Counted from the stretch's first letter, positions 50,583 to 60,849 are shown. The stretch is 64,000 nt of DNA from Terriglobia bacterium (GCA_965198225.1 CBDAOY010000006.1:320001-384000); one strand, 5' to 3'. A program made the numbers and translations. Notes: generated by a model from the sequence alone, not told the origin.

Positions 50583-52373
50583 ATGAGTACAACCGTAGAA
50601 CATGCCCATCCCGAACTGGGCTTCTTGCGCAAATACATCTTCAGCACGGATCACAAGATCATCGCGATCCAGTACATCGTAACGGCGATGTTCATGGCGC
50701 TCATCGGCGGCGCGCTCTCGATGATGATGCGGTTACAGCTGGCCTGGCCGACACCGACCGGCCGGGGACCGATTGTCACCGCGGTCTGGTCCTTTCTGGG
50801 GTCGATCTTTCCCAACGCCGTGCCAGGCGGTGTCATGGTGCCGGAGTTCTACCTGTCGCTGGTCACGATGCACGGGACCATCATGGTGTTCTTCCTGTTC
50901 ACTGCGATTCTGACCGGAGGATTTGGCAATTTCCTCATCCCGCTCCAGATCGGAGCCCGGGACATGGCGTTCCCGTTCCTGAACGCCCTTTCCTACTGGG
51001 TGTTTCTGGTGTCGTGCGTCGTCATCCTGGGAGCGCTGTTCGCGACGGGCGGCGCGCCGCTTGGAGGCTGGACGGCCTATGCCCCTCTCAGTGCGATCCC
51101 CGAAGCCGGTCCGGGACAGGCCCTGGGAATGACGCTGTGGATTGTGGCGATCGCGCTATTTGCCGCATCGGGACTCATGGGCGGGCTGAACTATGTCACC
51201 ACTCTGCTGACCATGCGGACCAGGGGCATGTCCATGATGCGGCTGCCCCTGACACAGTGGGCCATCTTCATCACCGCCGTGCTGGGTATCCTGGCATTCC
51301 CGGTGCTGCTCGCCGCCGGAATCCTGCTCCTGGCAGACCGACTGGGCGGCACGAGCTTCTTCGTGCCCGGCGGTATCGTCCTGAACGAGCAGTTGATCGA
51401 GCACACCGGCGGCCACCCGCTGCTGTGGCAGCACCTGTTCTGGTTCTTCGGCCATCCCGAGGTCTACATCGTCGTCCTGCCCGCGATGGGCATCGCCTCG
51501 GATGTCTTGGCGACCTTCTGCCGAAAGCCCATCTTCAGCTACCGGATGATGGTCTATTCGATGAGCGCCATCGCGTTTCTGAGCTTCATCGTGTGGGGCC
51601 ACCATATGTTCCTGAGCGGCATGAGCCCGGTGATGGGCTCGCTGTTCACGCTGACCACCCTGTTGATCGCTGTTCCCTCCGCGGTGAAGACGTTCAACTG
51701 GCTCGGTACCCTCTGGGGGGCCCGAATACGGTTTACCACGCCGATGCTGTTCGCGCTGGGGTTTGTGTCGACGTTCGTCAGCGGCGGCTTGAGCGGTATC
51801 TTCCTTGGGACGTCCGCCGCGGACATCGCGATGCACGACACCTATTTCGTGGTCGGGCACTTCCATCTCGTGATGGCGGTCGCGCCGCTGTTTGCGGGCT
51901 TTGCGGGCATCTACTTCTGGTTCCCGAAAATGTTCGGACGGATGATGAACAACACGCTGGGGAAGATTCACTTCTGGATCAGCTTTGTCGGCGTGAACTG
52001 CATCTTCCACACCATGCACAGCATGGGAATCGTGGGCCATCTGCGGCGTATATACGACCCGCTCCAGTATGAGTTCCTGGCGCCGGTCGCGGGTATGAAC
52101 ACGTTCGTGTCGGTTGCCGCATTCATCACCGGCGCAGCCCAACTGTTGTTCATCGCGAACTTCCTGATGAGCATCTGGGCCGGGAAGAAAGCCGGGAAGA
52201 ACCCGTGGCAGGCGACGACGCTGGAATGGACCGTTCCTTCTCCACCGGGACACGGAAACTTCCCGGCCGAGCTTCCGACGGTGCACCGCTGGGCATTCGA
52301 CTACAGCCTGCCGGAAGCGGCCGAGGACTTCGTGATGCAGGATCAGCCCTCGACTTCCGCAAGGTCGGGGTAG
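50583..52373 (+). CDS. coxA: Cytochrome c oxidase subunit I, A1 type
   Basis: STDHK, TMHG, GWTAY, WFFGHPEVY, WGHHMF, HDTYFVVGHFH. Confidence 0.96.
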   Translation: MSTTVEHAHPELGFLRKYIFSTDHKIIAIQYIVTAMFMALIGGALSMMMRLQLAWPTPTGRGPIVTAVWSFLGSIFPNAVPGGVMVPEFYLSLVTMHGTIMVFFLFTAILTGGFGNFLIPLQIGARDMAFPFLNALSYWVFLVSCVVILGALFATGGAPLGGWTAYAPLSAIPEAGPGQALGMTLWIVAIALFAASGLMGGLNYVTTLLTMRTRGMSMMRLPLTQWAIFITAVLGILAFPVLLAAGILLLADRLGGTSFFVPGGIVLNEQLIEHTGGHPLLWQHLFWFFGHPEVYIVVLPAMGIASDVLATFCRKPIFSYRMMVYSMSAIAFLSFIVWGHHMFLSGMSPVMGSLFTLTTLLIAVPSAVKTFNWLGTLWGARIRFTTPMLFALGFVSTFVSGGLSGIFLGTSAADIAMHDTYFVVGHFHLVMAVAPLFAGFAGIYFWFPKMFGRMMNNTLGKIHFWISFVGVNCIFHTMHSMGIVGHLRRIYDPLQYEFLAPVAGMNTFVSVAAFITGAAQLLFIANFLMSIWAGKKAGKNPWQATTLEWTVPSPPGHGNFPAELPTVHRWAFDYSLPEAAEDFVMQDQPSTSARSG

Positions 52374-52444
52374 TGGTACGACAAATGTTATAACGACGGA
52401 TAGAGCGGCGAGAGCCTCCCGTCGCAGTTCCGTGAAGTTATTTT

Positions 52445-53095
52445 ATGCCTGTAGTTACCGAAGAGAAGATCGAAGAAAAACTGAGCGTGGGACCGCCGCC
52501 TCCGCCAATATGGCACGGCGGTGGCGACGATGGTGAGCCGCTCGAGCCGGGCTCGACGTTTCCCGTCTCCAAAGGACGGATCGGGCTCTGGCTCCTGCTG
52601 AGCGGCATCGTGATGCTATTCGGCGGTTTTTCAAGCGCGTACATCGTGTTGCGGGGCGTTCCGGCGTGGCAGAACGTCGCGATCCCTCCGGTCCTCTGGG
52701 TGAACACCATCATCCTGCTCGCCAGCAGTGTCACGATCGAATGGACCCGCCGCTCGGTCCGTCAGGGACACCAGAGTGCCACGAAGAAGTGGATCGTGGC
52801 GACCGGTGTCCTGGGTTTCGCCTTTCTGGCAGGCCAGGTCCTCGCCTGGCAGCAGATGGTGGATGCGGGCGTTTATCTTCCGTCTACGTTGCACAGCTCC
52901 TTCCTGTATATCCTGACCGGGGCGCATGCCGTGCACTTGCTCGGGGGGATCGGGGGTTTGACATATGTATTGGGGCAGACTCTTCGGAATCGCTACACAA
53001 GGACAGACCACGAACCGGTCAGCCTGTGTGCCACGTACTGGCATTTCATGGACGGCCTGTGGGTCTATCTCTTCCTGATGTTTGTTTTGGCTTGA
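52445..53095 (+). CDS. coxC: Cytochrome c oxidase subunit III family
   Basis: NTIILLASS, LTGAHAVH, YWHFMDGLW. Confidence 0.9.
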   Translation: MPVVTEEKIEEKLSVGPPPPPIWHGGGDDGEPLEPGSTFPVSKGRIGLWLLLSGIVMLFGGFSSAYIVLRGVPAWQNVAIPPVLWVNTIILLASSVTIEWTRRSVRQGHQSATKKWIVATGVLGFAFLAGQVLAWQQMVDAGVYLPSTLHSSFLYILTGAHAVHLLGGIGGLTYVLGQTLRNRYTRTDHEPVSLCATYWHFMDGLWVYLFLMFVLA

Positions 53096-53108
53096 TTGAG
53101 GAGTTTCG

Positions 53109-53735
53109 ATGGAAGCGACCATAGCGGAACAAGAACGGCTATTGGCTTCGGACTGGGGGGGCGGGAAGTCCCCGTTCGGTACGACATGGGGAAAATTCAT
53201 GATGTGGATTTTCATCGTGTCCGACGCCCTGACATTCGCGGGGTTCATCGTCGCATACGGGTTCATGCGCGCCTCGAGCCCGGCCTGGCCGGACCAGACG
53301 GAAGTCTTCGATATGCGGCTAATCACCTTCATGACGTTTGCCCTGATCTCGAGCAGCGCGGTCATGGCCATGGCCGTCGGCGCGGCTCAACGAGGGGATG
53401 CGAAGGCTGCGGTGCGTTTCCTGCTCATGACGATTGTCGGAGGGATAATCTTCCTCGGCGCGCAGGTCTACGAGTGGTCGCACTTCATCGCCGAAGGGGC
53501 ACGCCCCTGGGTCAACCCCTGGTTGCCGGAAGTGCCGCAATTCACCGCGAGCTTCTTCGTCATGACGGGCTTCCACGGCTTGCACGTGCTCAGCGGGATC
53601 GTCCTGCTGGCTTACACCGCAATGCGGGCCGGCATGGGAAAGTATTCCGGCGACAGCGTCGAGATCGCCGGCCTGTACTGGCACTTTATCGATGTTGTCT
53701 GGGTCTTTATTTTTGCGTTCTTCTATTTACTGTAG
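53109..53735 (+). CDS. coxC: Cytochrome c oxidase subunit III family (second copy)
   Basis: KFMMWIFIVSD, TGFHGLHV, GLYWHFIDVVW. Confidence 0.9.
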   Translation: MEATIAEQERLLASDWGGGKSPFGTTWGKFMMWIFIVSDALTFAGFIVAYGFMRASSPAWPDQTEVFDMRLITFMTFALISSSAVMAMAVGAAQRGDAKAAVRFLLMTIVGGIIFLGAQVYEWSHFIAEGARPWVNPWLPEVPQFTASFFVMTGFHGLHVLSGIVLLAYTAMRAGMGKYSGDSVEIAGLYWHFIDVVWVFIFAFFYLL

Positions 53736-53746
53736 GGAGGTAATGG

Positions 53747-54046
53747 ATGGCTGAATCCCACGGTTACAGAGTTTACATGGTTACGTGGGCCTGGCTTCTT
53801 GTCATGACACTGCTCGCTCTCGGTGTCGGGTACGTGGAGATGCACACGGGGATAAAGGCGGTGCTCCTCGTCGGCATCACTCTGGCAAAGGTCGTCCTGA
53901 TCGCGGCAATCTTCATGCACCTGCGGTTCGAAAGACTGAACCTGGTGATGATCACGTTCACGCCACTCGTCCTGTCGTTGATATTGTTCTTTTTTATCGC
54001 GCCCGACACCGCCGACACGGCGACCCGGGTTCTTTCCGTACGGTGA
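53747..54046 (+). CDS. Cytochrome c oxidase subunit IV family
   Basis: Three helices, AKVVLIAAIFMHLRFE; operon position. Confidence 0.85.
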   Translation: MAESHGYRVYMVTWAWLLVMTLLALGVGYVEMHTGIKAVLLVGITLAKVVLIAAIFMHLRFERLNLVMITFTPLVLSLILFFFIAPDTADTATRVLSVR

Positions 54047-54052
54047 TCCATC

Positions 54053-54298
54053 ATGCGTAGGGTAGCCGGGGCGTTCATAGTGGCGTTAGTGGTTCTCCTC
54101 CTGGAGGGAACGGGATGGAGCCAGTGCGCGATGTGCCGCACGGCTCTTGAGAACTCGGTAGAGGGTGCCGAGATCGCGGAGGGTTTTCGTTACGGGATCC
54201 TGTTCCTGCTGGCCGCTCCCTACGCCATACTCGGCGGAATCTCCTTCGGTGTCGTTAGGGCGTACAGGCGACGGGAGCCGGGGGCTCCGGTCGAGTAG
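54053..54298 (+). CDS. Small oxidase-operon protein with CAMC motif
   Basis: Signal-like N-terminus, SQCAMC, GILFLLAAPY. Confidence 0.7.
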   Translation: MRRVAGAFIVALVVLLLEGTGWSQCAMCRTALENSVEGAEIAEGFRYGILFLLAAPYAILGGISFGVVRAYRRREPGAPVE

Positions 54299-54349
54299 TC
54301 AGTTGTCAGTTGATACGTGTAGGGGCGGTCTATGACCGCCCGGTCTTTC

Positions 54350-54474
54350 CTTTGAGATCTCTCAGCCTTCGCTGAGGGCTTTTCCCTTCTTCCACTGAGT
54401 TTCAGTTGATAAGTCTTGACTTTGAGATCTCTCAGCCTTCGCTGAGGGCTTTTCCCTTCTTCCACTGAGTTTCA
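54350..54474. repeat. Two-copy 55-bp direct repeat, period 70 bp
   Basis: CTTTGAGATCTCTCAGCCTTCGCTGAGGGCTTTTCCCTTCTTCCACTGAGTTTCA at 54350 and 54420, each with a CTCAGC/GCTGAG hairpin. Confidence 0.9.
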
Positions 54475-54495
54475 AGCTTGACGAGATAGGCCTCT

Positions 54496-54519
54496 ATATG
54501 TAACCTATTAGTTACATAT
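54496..54519. promoter_or_regulatory. Probable ArsR autoregulatory operator
   Basis: Perfect ATATGTAAC-N6-GTTACATAT directly before the ArsR start. Confidence 0.8.
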
Positions 54520-54520
54520 T

Positions 54521-54877
54521 ATGGGTGACGCATTCGATGCCGTGTTCCAGGCTCTGGCTCATCCGAGCCGGCGCAAGATCCTCGATTTTGTCAAAGCGAA
54601 TCCGGGGTCGAGTATCAACGATGTCTGCGTCGATTTCTCGAGCAGCCGGATCGCGGTAATGAAGCATATCCGCAAGCTGGAAGCTTCATCCCTTATCGTC
54701 TCCCACAAAGAAGGACGGGTGCGTCGGCTGTACTTCAACGTGATCCCCATCCAGATGATCTACGAGCGTTGGACCGACCAGTACAGCGCCATCTGGGCGG
54801 GTCAGATAACGCGCTTCAAGAACAGAGTCGAATCGAGGAAACATGAGCGAAAGAGAACGAGCGGTATTCAAGGTTAA
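54521..54877 (+). CDS. ArsR/SmtB family regulator
   Basis: VFQALAHPSRRKILD, SRIAVMKH, GRVR, IYERW. Confidence 0.92.
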   Translation: MGDAFDAVFQALAHPSRRKILDFVKANPGSSINDVCVDFSSSRIAVMKHIRKLEASSLIVSHKEGRVRRLYFNVIPIQMIYERWTDQYSAIWAGQITRFKNRVESRKHERKRTSGIQG

Positions 54878-55421
54878 GATCGAGGCGCCCATCGAGGTGG
54901 TCTGGCGCGAGTTGACCACCACGAACGAGTTGCTGCCTTTCTTCTTCAATTCCAGGATGGAAACGACCGGTCTGGAAGTCGGGGGGCGTATCCGCATGGT
55001 TACTCCTGCCCGCAAATACACCGGAGTGATCGGCGAGGTCCTCGAATACAGCCCGCCGCATCGTTTCTCGCACACCTTTCGGTTCACTCAGTTGGACGAA
55101 CCGCCTTGCAAGGTGACCTACGAACTCGAGGAAGTCGGGGGTGCGGTGGAATTCACGCTGATCGCCGACGATATACCGGCCGCGAGCAAGACGGGGAAGT
55201 ACATGAAGCAAGGCGGAGATTACATCGTCCAGACGCTCAAGGCCGTGGCGGAGCGCAAACCGCTGCCGCTCTATTCCAAGTTCATCCTTCTGATGTGCAA
55301 GCTGTCGGTGCCGTTTACTCCGAAGAAATCACTGTCGGAGAATTGGCCCCTGGGGAACGAAGAAGTAGGCCGTAGGCCGTTGGCCGTTGGTCGGAATGCA
55401 AGAGAGGTGAAGAGGTCATGA
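54843..55421 (+). CDS. SRPBCC/AHSA1-like protein
   Basis: IEAPIEVVWRELT, GEVLEYSPP, VTYELEE; follows ArsR. Confidence 0.85.
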   Translation: MSERERAVFKVKIEAPIEVVWRELTTTNELLPFFFNSRMETTGLEVGGRIRMVTPARKYTGVIGEVLEYSPPHRFSHTFRFTQLDEPPCKVTYELEEVGGAVEFTLIADDIPAASKTGKYMKQGGDYIVQTLKAVAERKPLPLYSKFILLMCKLSVPFTPKKSLSENWPLGNEEVGRRPLAVGRNAREVKRS

Positions 55422-55762
55422 GTACATACATCGTTGTTGGAATTATGTTGCAGGTGGCGATGGTTGTGTCGGGTCACTATTCGGAGGCTGTTATCAATCT
55501 GTCCGCGGTGTTGGGAGTTGGTATTCCGCTCATCGTGGGTGCGGTCTTCGGGTTGGCGCGCGCGGCAACGGTCAAAGATGCCGCAGCGGGCGGATTCGCG
55601 ATCGGCATCGTCGGAGCGTTCATTGGAATACTCCTGGCAATCCTCATGGGTGACCAGGAATGGATGTTGCTGACATTCGGGCCGGTCTCCTCTGCCGTTA
55701 CGGGCATGATCGGCGCCCTCGGACTGTACGCCTTGGCCGGAAAACGGCGAGCTACGGCCTAA
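55418..55762 (+). CDS. Hypothetical membrane protein
   Basis: Four hydrophobic segments; ATGA coupling to the upstream gene. Confidence 0.75.
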   Translation: MSTYIVVGIMLQVAMVVSGHYSEAVINLSAVLGVGIPLIVGAVFGLARAATVKDAAAGGFAIGIVGAFIGILLAILMGDQEWMLLTFGPVSSAVTGMIGALGLYALAGKRRATA

Positions 55763-56013
55763 GGTGAAACGACACCGTGGCGAGCCCCTGGCGTCAGCAC
55801 GTGAGGCAGCGAAACTCTAGGATCGGGTGTAGGGGCGCTCTATGAGCGGAACCATCTATTAGCGTCGGGCCCACCGTCCCCCTCACGCCGAAAGGCCGAA
55901 CGTTCAAGGACCGAATTGCAGTGCGTGGATTCGCGGAGAAAGACAGTTGGTCCGGTCCCCCCACGCCCTCCTTGACGAGAACAGTGTGCGGTCATAGACG
56001 TCATAGACCGCAC

Positions 56014-56262
56014 CTACACATCATTGAACTCCGGGCGATAGCACGCCGTTCCACGAACCCCGTCAAGCACTCCCTCCCGGAGTTCCATCACGATGAAGGC
56101 CTCGGCGGGAGCGCTGAACTCACACGCGATCCCGTGCCTGTCCGATTGCTCGAAACCGAAACGCGGGTAGTAGGCGGGATGGCCCAGGACGACGACGATC
56201 TCACAGCCATCCTGCCGCAATATCTCCAGTCCACTCCTCACGAGTTGCGATCCGACACCGGA
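56014..56262 (-). pseudogene. GNAT acetyltransferase (YhbS-like) C-terminal fragment
   Basis: GVGSQLVRSGL, VVVLGHPAYYPRFGF; N-terminal half absent. Confidence 0.75.
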
Positions 56263-56404
56263 TCTCTAAGGCAAGTGTGTGCACTTCGTGGACAGAATCG
56301 ATGTCGGAAGGATTCTCCCGACGGATTAAGATGTGTGTCTCAGGCACCGGGCTGCTCAATAGGCTAGACTTTGGAAACCAATTTTACAGCGGGAGAGCGA
56401 ACTG

Positions 56405-56794
56405 ATGGGGGAATCTCGAAAGCCAGAGGTAGGAGCGATCGGATGGGTCGATCTGACCGTCCAGAACGCCGGCGACATCCGGGACTTTTACAGCAAAGTC
56501 GTCGGCTGGAAACCGGCCGAGGTCGACATGGGAGGGTATTCGGACTACAACATGACGCAACCGGAAAGCGGTACACCAACGGCGGGGGTGTGCTGGTCCC
56601 GTGGTTCGAACGCAAACTTTCCGCCCTACTGGCTCGTCTACATCACGGTGGCCGATATCGACGAGAGTGTCCGCTGCTGCACAGAGTCGGGTGGGACGAT
56701 TATCGAAGGCCCCAAGGATATGGGCGCGCACGGACGATACTGCGTCATCAAGGATCCGGCGGGCGCCTATGCGGGGCTCTTCCAATCGGCCTAG
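56405..56794 (+). CDS. VOC/glyoxalase family protein
   Basis: WVDLTV, FYSKVVGW, WLVYITVAD, IKDPAGA. Confidence 0.9.
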   Translation: MGESRKPEVGAIGWVDLTVQNAGDIRDFYSKVVGWKPAEVDMGGYSDYNMTQPESGTPTAGVCWSRGSNANFPPYWLVYITVADIDESVRCCTESGGTIIEGPKDMGAHGRYCVIKDPAGAYAGLFQSA

Positions 56795-56946
56795 TGGCCT
56801 GTAACAGTGCTACCCAGGAGTATTCTGAATTCTTGGGTTAGGCGATCAGCCATCAGCTTTCTGCTATCGGCTCAATCGGATGGACGATCGTCGTGTTCCG
56901 GAAGCAGCTGAGGCTGATCGCTGACATTACGCTTGATCCGCAGGGC

Positions 56947-57552
56947 TCAAGAGTCTATTACTTCGATATCGATCGGGGTCGTTCCGCCAGCATTGCAGCG
57001 TTTACCCGAACAGGCAGAGACTCCCACTGCCAGATCCATCTCAGCCCGGAACGTGACCGAGGAGCCGGGTTTCGAGAGGGGGTGTCGTATCTCGAGTTGC
57101 CCGGACTCCAGGACGCCTACGTTCATGAAGACGTTGAACGCAGTCGGGATCGTGTCCGCACCGATGTCGAACGGAGCCAGGGCGGCCGTCAGGTTGTCGA
57201 GACAGTTCGAATGGTCCCTCAGTCCGTAGTTCCGCTCGAACATCGCCGTACTGCACGGGCTGTAGAGAAAGTCGTGTCGGCCGACGGTGTCGTCAACGAT
57301 CTTGAGCATCGGGTTGCTCCGGTTCGAATAGAGAGTATGCCCCTCGGTCAGGAACAGCGTCTCGTTGTAATGGAAGCTTCGGCCGTTCGACAAGCCCTCA
57401 CCCACGTCCTGTCGATTGAAACAGACCAGGTCGGCAACCTGGCCTCCTTCCGAATCGATCACCTTCAGCGACTGCCCCTTGTCCAGCTCCAGGCCGATTC
57501 CCTTACAGGCTTCGATCCTCCGCCGTCCAGCTTCACGCACGACAGCCTCCAA
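56947..57552 (-). CDS. DUF1989 (urea carboxylase-associated) family protein
   Basis: GGQVADL, LYSNRS, GRHDFLYSPCS, CLDNL, FNVFMNV, AEMDL, SACS; start uncertain. Confidence 0.88.
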   Translation of the reverse strand: MEAVVREAGRRRIEACKGIGLELDKGQSLKVIDSEGGQVADLVCFNRQDVGEGLSNGRSFHYNETLFLTEGHTLYSNRSNPMLKIVDDTVGRHDFLYSPCSTAMFERNYGLRDHSNCLDNLTAALAPFDIGADTIPTAFNVFMNVGVLESGQLEIRHPLSKPGSSVTFRAEMDLAVGVSACSGKRCNAGGTTPIDIEVIDS

Positions 57553-57848
57553 TAGATTCAGCGATCCTCATGCGGATCCATTCTACCTGTCCAACCGGGA
57601 TTACGTTTACGCTGGCTGTACTGGAGTCCTCTCGAGTCTTCTCGAGCGGCGCTCGCGGCGCCCGCCCTGGTGTGCCAGGGCAACATCCAGCCATCGGTAC
57701 CGGTCTGCAGGCTGCAATAATCTCAGCCAACGGAACGAAGGAAGCCTCCCCGATACGCGGCATTCGTGTTCGGAGTTACTGCAAGTAATTACAAGCACGA
57801 CAATTCCTTTTGAGGTCTTGGGCACTACCGTCCTGTCTTACGAGGACG

Positions 57849-58123
57849 CTAGTGGCCTGTAACGGAGATATCGGTACCAGCGTTGCGGTGGAACGGCACC
57901 GGATTCTAGGAGTCGACGACGAGGTAATGCTCCTACATTGCGAGGAGGAGCGACAACGAAGACGGTGCCGTTCCGCCGCAACCCTCCGGGCCGATGGGGG
58001 TTGCCGTCGATCTCTTTGTCGTTCGTCGTCTTGATGAAACCGCATCAATTCCTCCTCTCTCCTCGACCTCGACTGGCAAGACCCATCGGCGATGGTGCCG
58101 ATCTCTCCGTTACAGGCCACTAG
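57849..58123. mobile_element. MITE-like element, TIR CTAGTGGCCTGTAACGGAGA
   Basis: 20-bp perfect TIR, 275 bp, core inverted relative to the 18424 copy. Confidence 0.88.
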
Positions 58124-58206
58124 AATTGCGTTGTTGCCGATTTTCGGCTTGTTTCCGGCCTGCTCTTGCCTTTCAATAGGTGCTCTATCTACAGCGGAGG
58201 TATCCA

Positions 58207-59090
58207 ATGTTGAAACGAGTCATGACAGTAACGCTCGTGGTCGTGGGAGTGCTCGGTTTCGTTTCAGTTGTCGGGAACTGGACCAAAGCACTCGATGCCG
58301 AGTTTCTGGTCTTCGGACAGACCGGTGGAACCGGGTCCGGATCGGGAGGTGGCGGCACCGGCGGCGGAACAACGACGATCACCAAGATAATCCCTCAGGT
58401 GGCCGCCGGTTCATTCGACGCAGGAGCAACGACGTTCTCGACAACCATCCAGGTGATCAACGTCGGAACGAGCGCGGTCAGCCTGACCGCCGACTTCTTC
58501 AACCAAAACGGCAGCGTGTCGACCATACCCTTCACGACGACCGACGTGACGGCTCCGACCTTCACCGGGACGCTCAGCTCGATTTCCATACCGTCCAACG
58601 CTGCAATCGTGATTCAGAATGGCAGCGTAGCCGCGGGAGCGGTCAACTGGGCCCGGCTCGTGACGGACGGGGCGGTCACGATAGCTGCGCAGTTCGAGAT
58701 CAAGGACGCAAACGGAAGGCTCGTCTCACGTGTGGGTGTCCCTTCGGCTGATGCCGACGGCACGAAGCTCTTGATTCCGCGGTTGAGAAACGCCGACCCG
58801 ACCAAGGGTACGAGCACCGCGTTCGCCATCGCGAACACGGGAGATGCGACTGCATCCGTCACAGCCACGCTCTATTCGGCGGGACAGGTCGCGGGAACAA
58901 AAACCCTGACGCTGGACGCGAAGAACCAGACGGCCCAGTTCGCCAAGGAGTTTTTCACACTGACGAACGAACCCACCGTGGACACGTTCTCCTTCATGAT
59001 ATTCGAGTCGACGACTGCGACTCTGGCCGCACCGCCCTCGTTTTTGAAGGCAGCAACCAGGCCACGTTCCCGGTCGACAAGCTTCAGTAA
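58207..59090 (+). CDS. Secreted Thr/Gly-rich beta-sheet hypothetical protein, one-base frameshift near 59030
   Basis: GGAGG RBS, signal peptide, IPQVAAG; the alternative frame ends ALVFEGSNQATFPVDKLQ*, matching the paralog tail at 59240-59339. Confidence 0.68.
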
Positions 59091-59282
59091 ATCATCGCAA
59101 CGCCGATGTCGGCGGCCGGCCCTCTCTGCCGGCCGCCACCCAATCGCTTCAGACGTCGAACCTCCACGTTTAGCTGGGTTCTCCTTTCCCCACCATCGAG
59201 GTTGAACCACACCTCTGCCCGGACTTTTGCGCTTGTTTCCCATATGGTCTTCGAGTCCACGACCGCTTCTCTTGCGGCAACG

Positions 59283-60849
59283 TCACTCGTTTTCGAAGGA
59301 GCCAATCAGGCGACCTTCCCTGTTGGGCGCATCCAGTAGGATCTCGTAAAGCGCCGAGCGGCCTGTGCCGACAGAATAGGACTCGATCAGCCGGAGGGAA
59401 TACTCCGATTTGATCCGGCGATCTGCGCGCCAGTTCTCACCTCCAGCATCACTGGTGCGCACGCCGGAGTAGTACCGCACGTTTGGATACCTGCCTGCTT
59501 GCGCCCCGATCACCCCCGGCCGTTCCGAGGCAAAGATCGCGTGGAGGGCCGCTACACCGTGGTTGAGGAAGACTTCGGGCTCGCCGGCAATGACAATGCT
59601 GCCCTCACCCAATTCGCCGGCGATCTGCGCCATTCTGCGGTGGTCGGCAGCGAGATCGTCGACCGCCACGGAGTGATCCTGGTCGGGCGGCTTGGGGGAC
59701 AGATTGGAGTACAACAACGTGAACGCGACGCCCATCACAACGACGAGGCCCTGTCGAGTGTTGAAAAGCTTCAACGCCGTCACCCCGAGGAGAATCATCG
59801 GAACGGCGATCTGTATGCTGTATCGCGGGTTCAGATCGAAGCTGCCTTCGTAAAAAGCGAGGTACACGGCCATCATCAAGCCGATCCACGCCACAAAGTA
59901 AAACTCCCCCAACTTTGGACGGGTATCTTTTCCAGACTGAGATCGCAGCGTCCTCACTCCCCAGGCCAGAAGAGAAAGGGCGGCCAGAACCGAGATGCCC
60001 CACGGAAAACGACCCCCGTTCAACAGGTATCCGAGTGACCCGACGAAGTTGGCCGGTACATAAGCAGGGGAAAAGGCCGCCTCGACTCCGACCAGCGTAG
60101 GCGGGAGCCGCCGAGAGGACCCAGCCCAGGTGGAACAGCTGACCGGAGATGAGCGCAAGTCCGATCAACTTCCATCGCCGGCCGAGGGCGGGACTCGCGA
60201 ACAGGAACAGAGTGAGAACGACCGCCTCGAGTCGCATCTGAGCCGCGAGCGCAAGACCCGCTACCGCCACCGGGTAGGCGCCCGAAACCAGTCCCCACAC
60301 ACCGAGAACTGCAAAGAGGACCGTCACCAGGTCGGTTCCCGCCGACACGGAGTATTCCAGCACAGGCGGGGTGGTCAGAAAAGCGAGGGCTGCCATCCAA
60401 CCCATCCATGACTGCCGGAAAGTATCTCTTGCCAGAAGGTAGATTCCGCCAACTGCGAAAGCGAAAAGGATGCGGGCAAAAACGAACGCAGCGCCTTCCG
60501 ATGGACCGGATACCGCGAATAGCAGACCCAGCAGGGTGGGATAGCCGACGGGCTCCTTGTAGTAGGTGGACACCTCGACCGTCTCGGGAGAACCCAGCAG
60601 CGTCAGTTGCGCCACCGGTGCCCGGGACAGGTTGGATGCGATCTGGATGTAGATGTCTTCATCAAAAAACAGTCGGTGGGATGCCTCGACGAAGACAAAG
60701 CTTGTGGCAAGGGCGAGAGCAACAACAGCTGGAACGTGGCGGTCCAGCCGTTCACGGTTCTTGAATAGCGCCCACAGCAAAAGCCCGAGAGACAAATAGA
60801 CCAGCAGGGGGCCGAAGACCGACAGTATTCGGGGAATCAGGGCGATCAT
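59283..60849 (-). pseudogene. GT-C (ArnT/PMT-like) membrane glycosyltransferase, frameshift near 60090
   Basis: FFDEDIY, KEPVGYP, many helices; split between ORFs 59605-60849 and 59283-60158. Confidence 0.7.

Noticed and set aside
54350-54474. Possible mini CRISPR array
   Set aside because: Only two 55-bp units, a 15-bp spacer, and no cas genes
57553-57700. Guanidine riboswitch upstream of the DUF1989 gene
   Set aside because: Only a partial resemblance (CGTAATCCCGGTTGGACAGG); no complete class I-III consensus recognisable; needs an Infernal search
58950-59339. Possible DGR template/variable repeat pair, given RTs in the window
   Set aside because: Differences affect all bases and are mostly synonymous, not adenine-specific; both RTs have group II intron RNA domains and maturase regions
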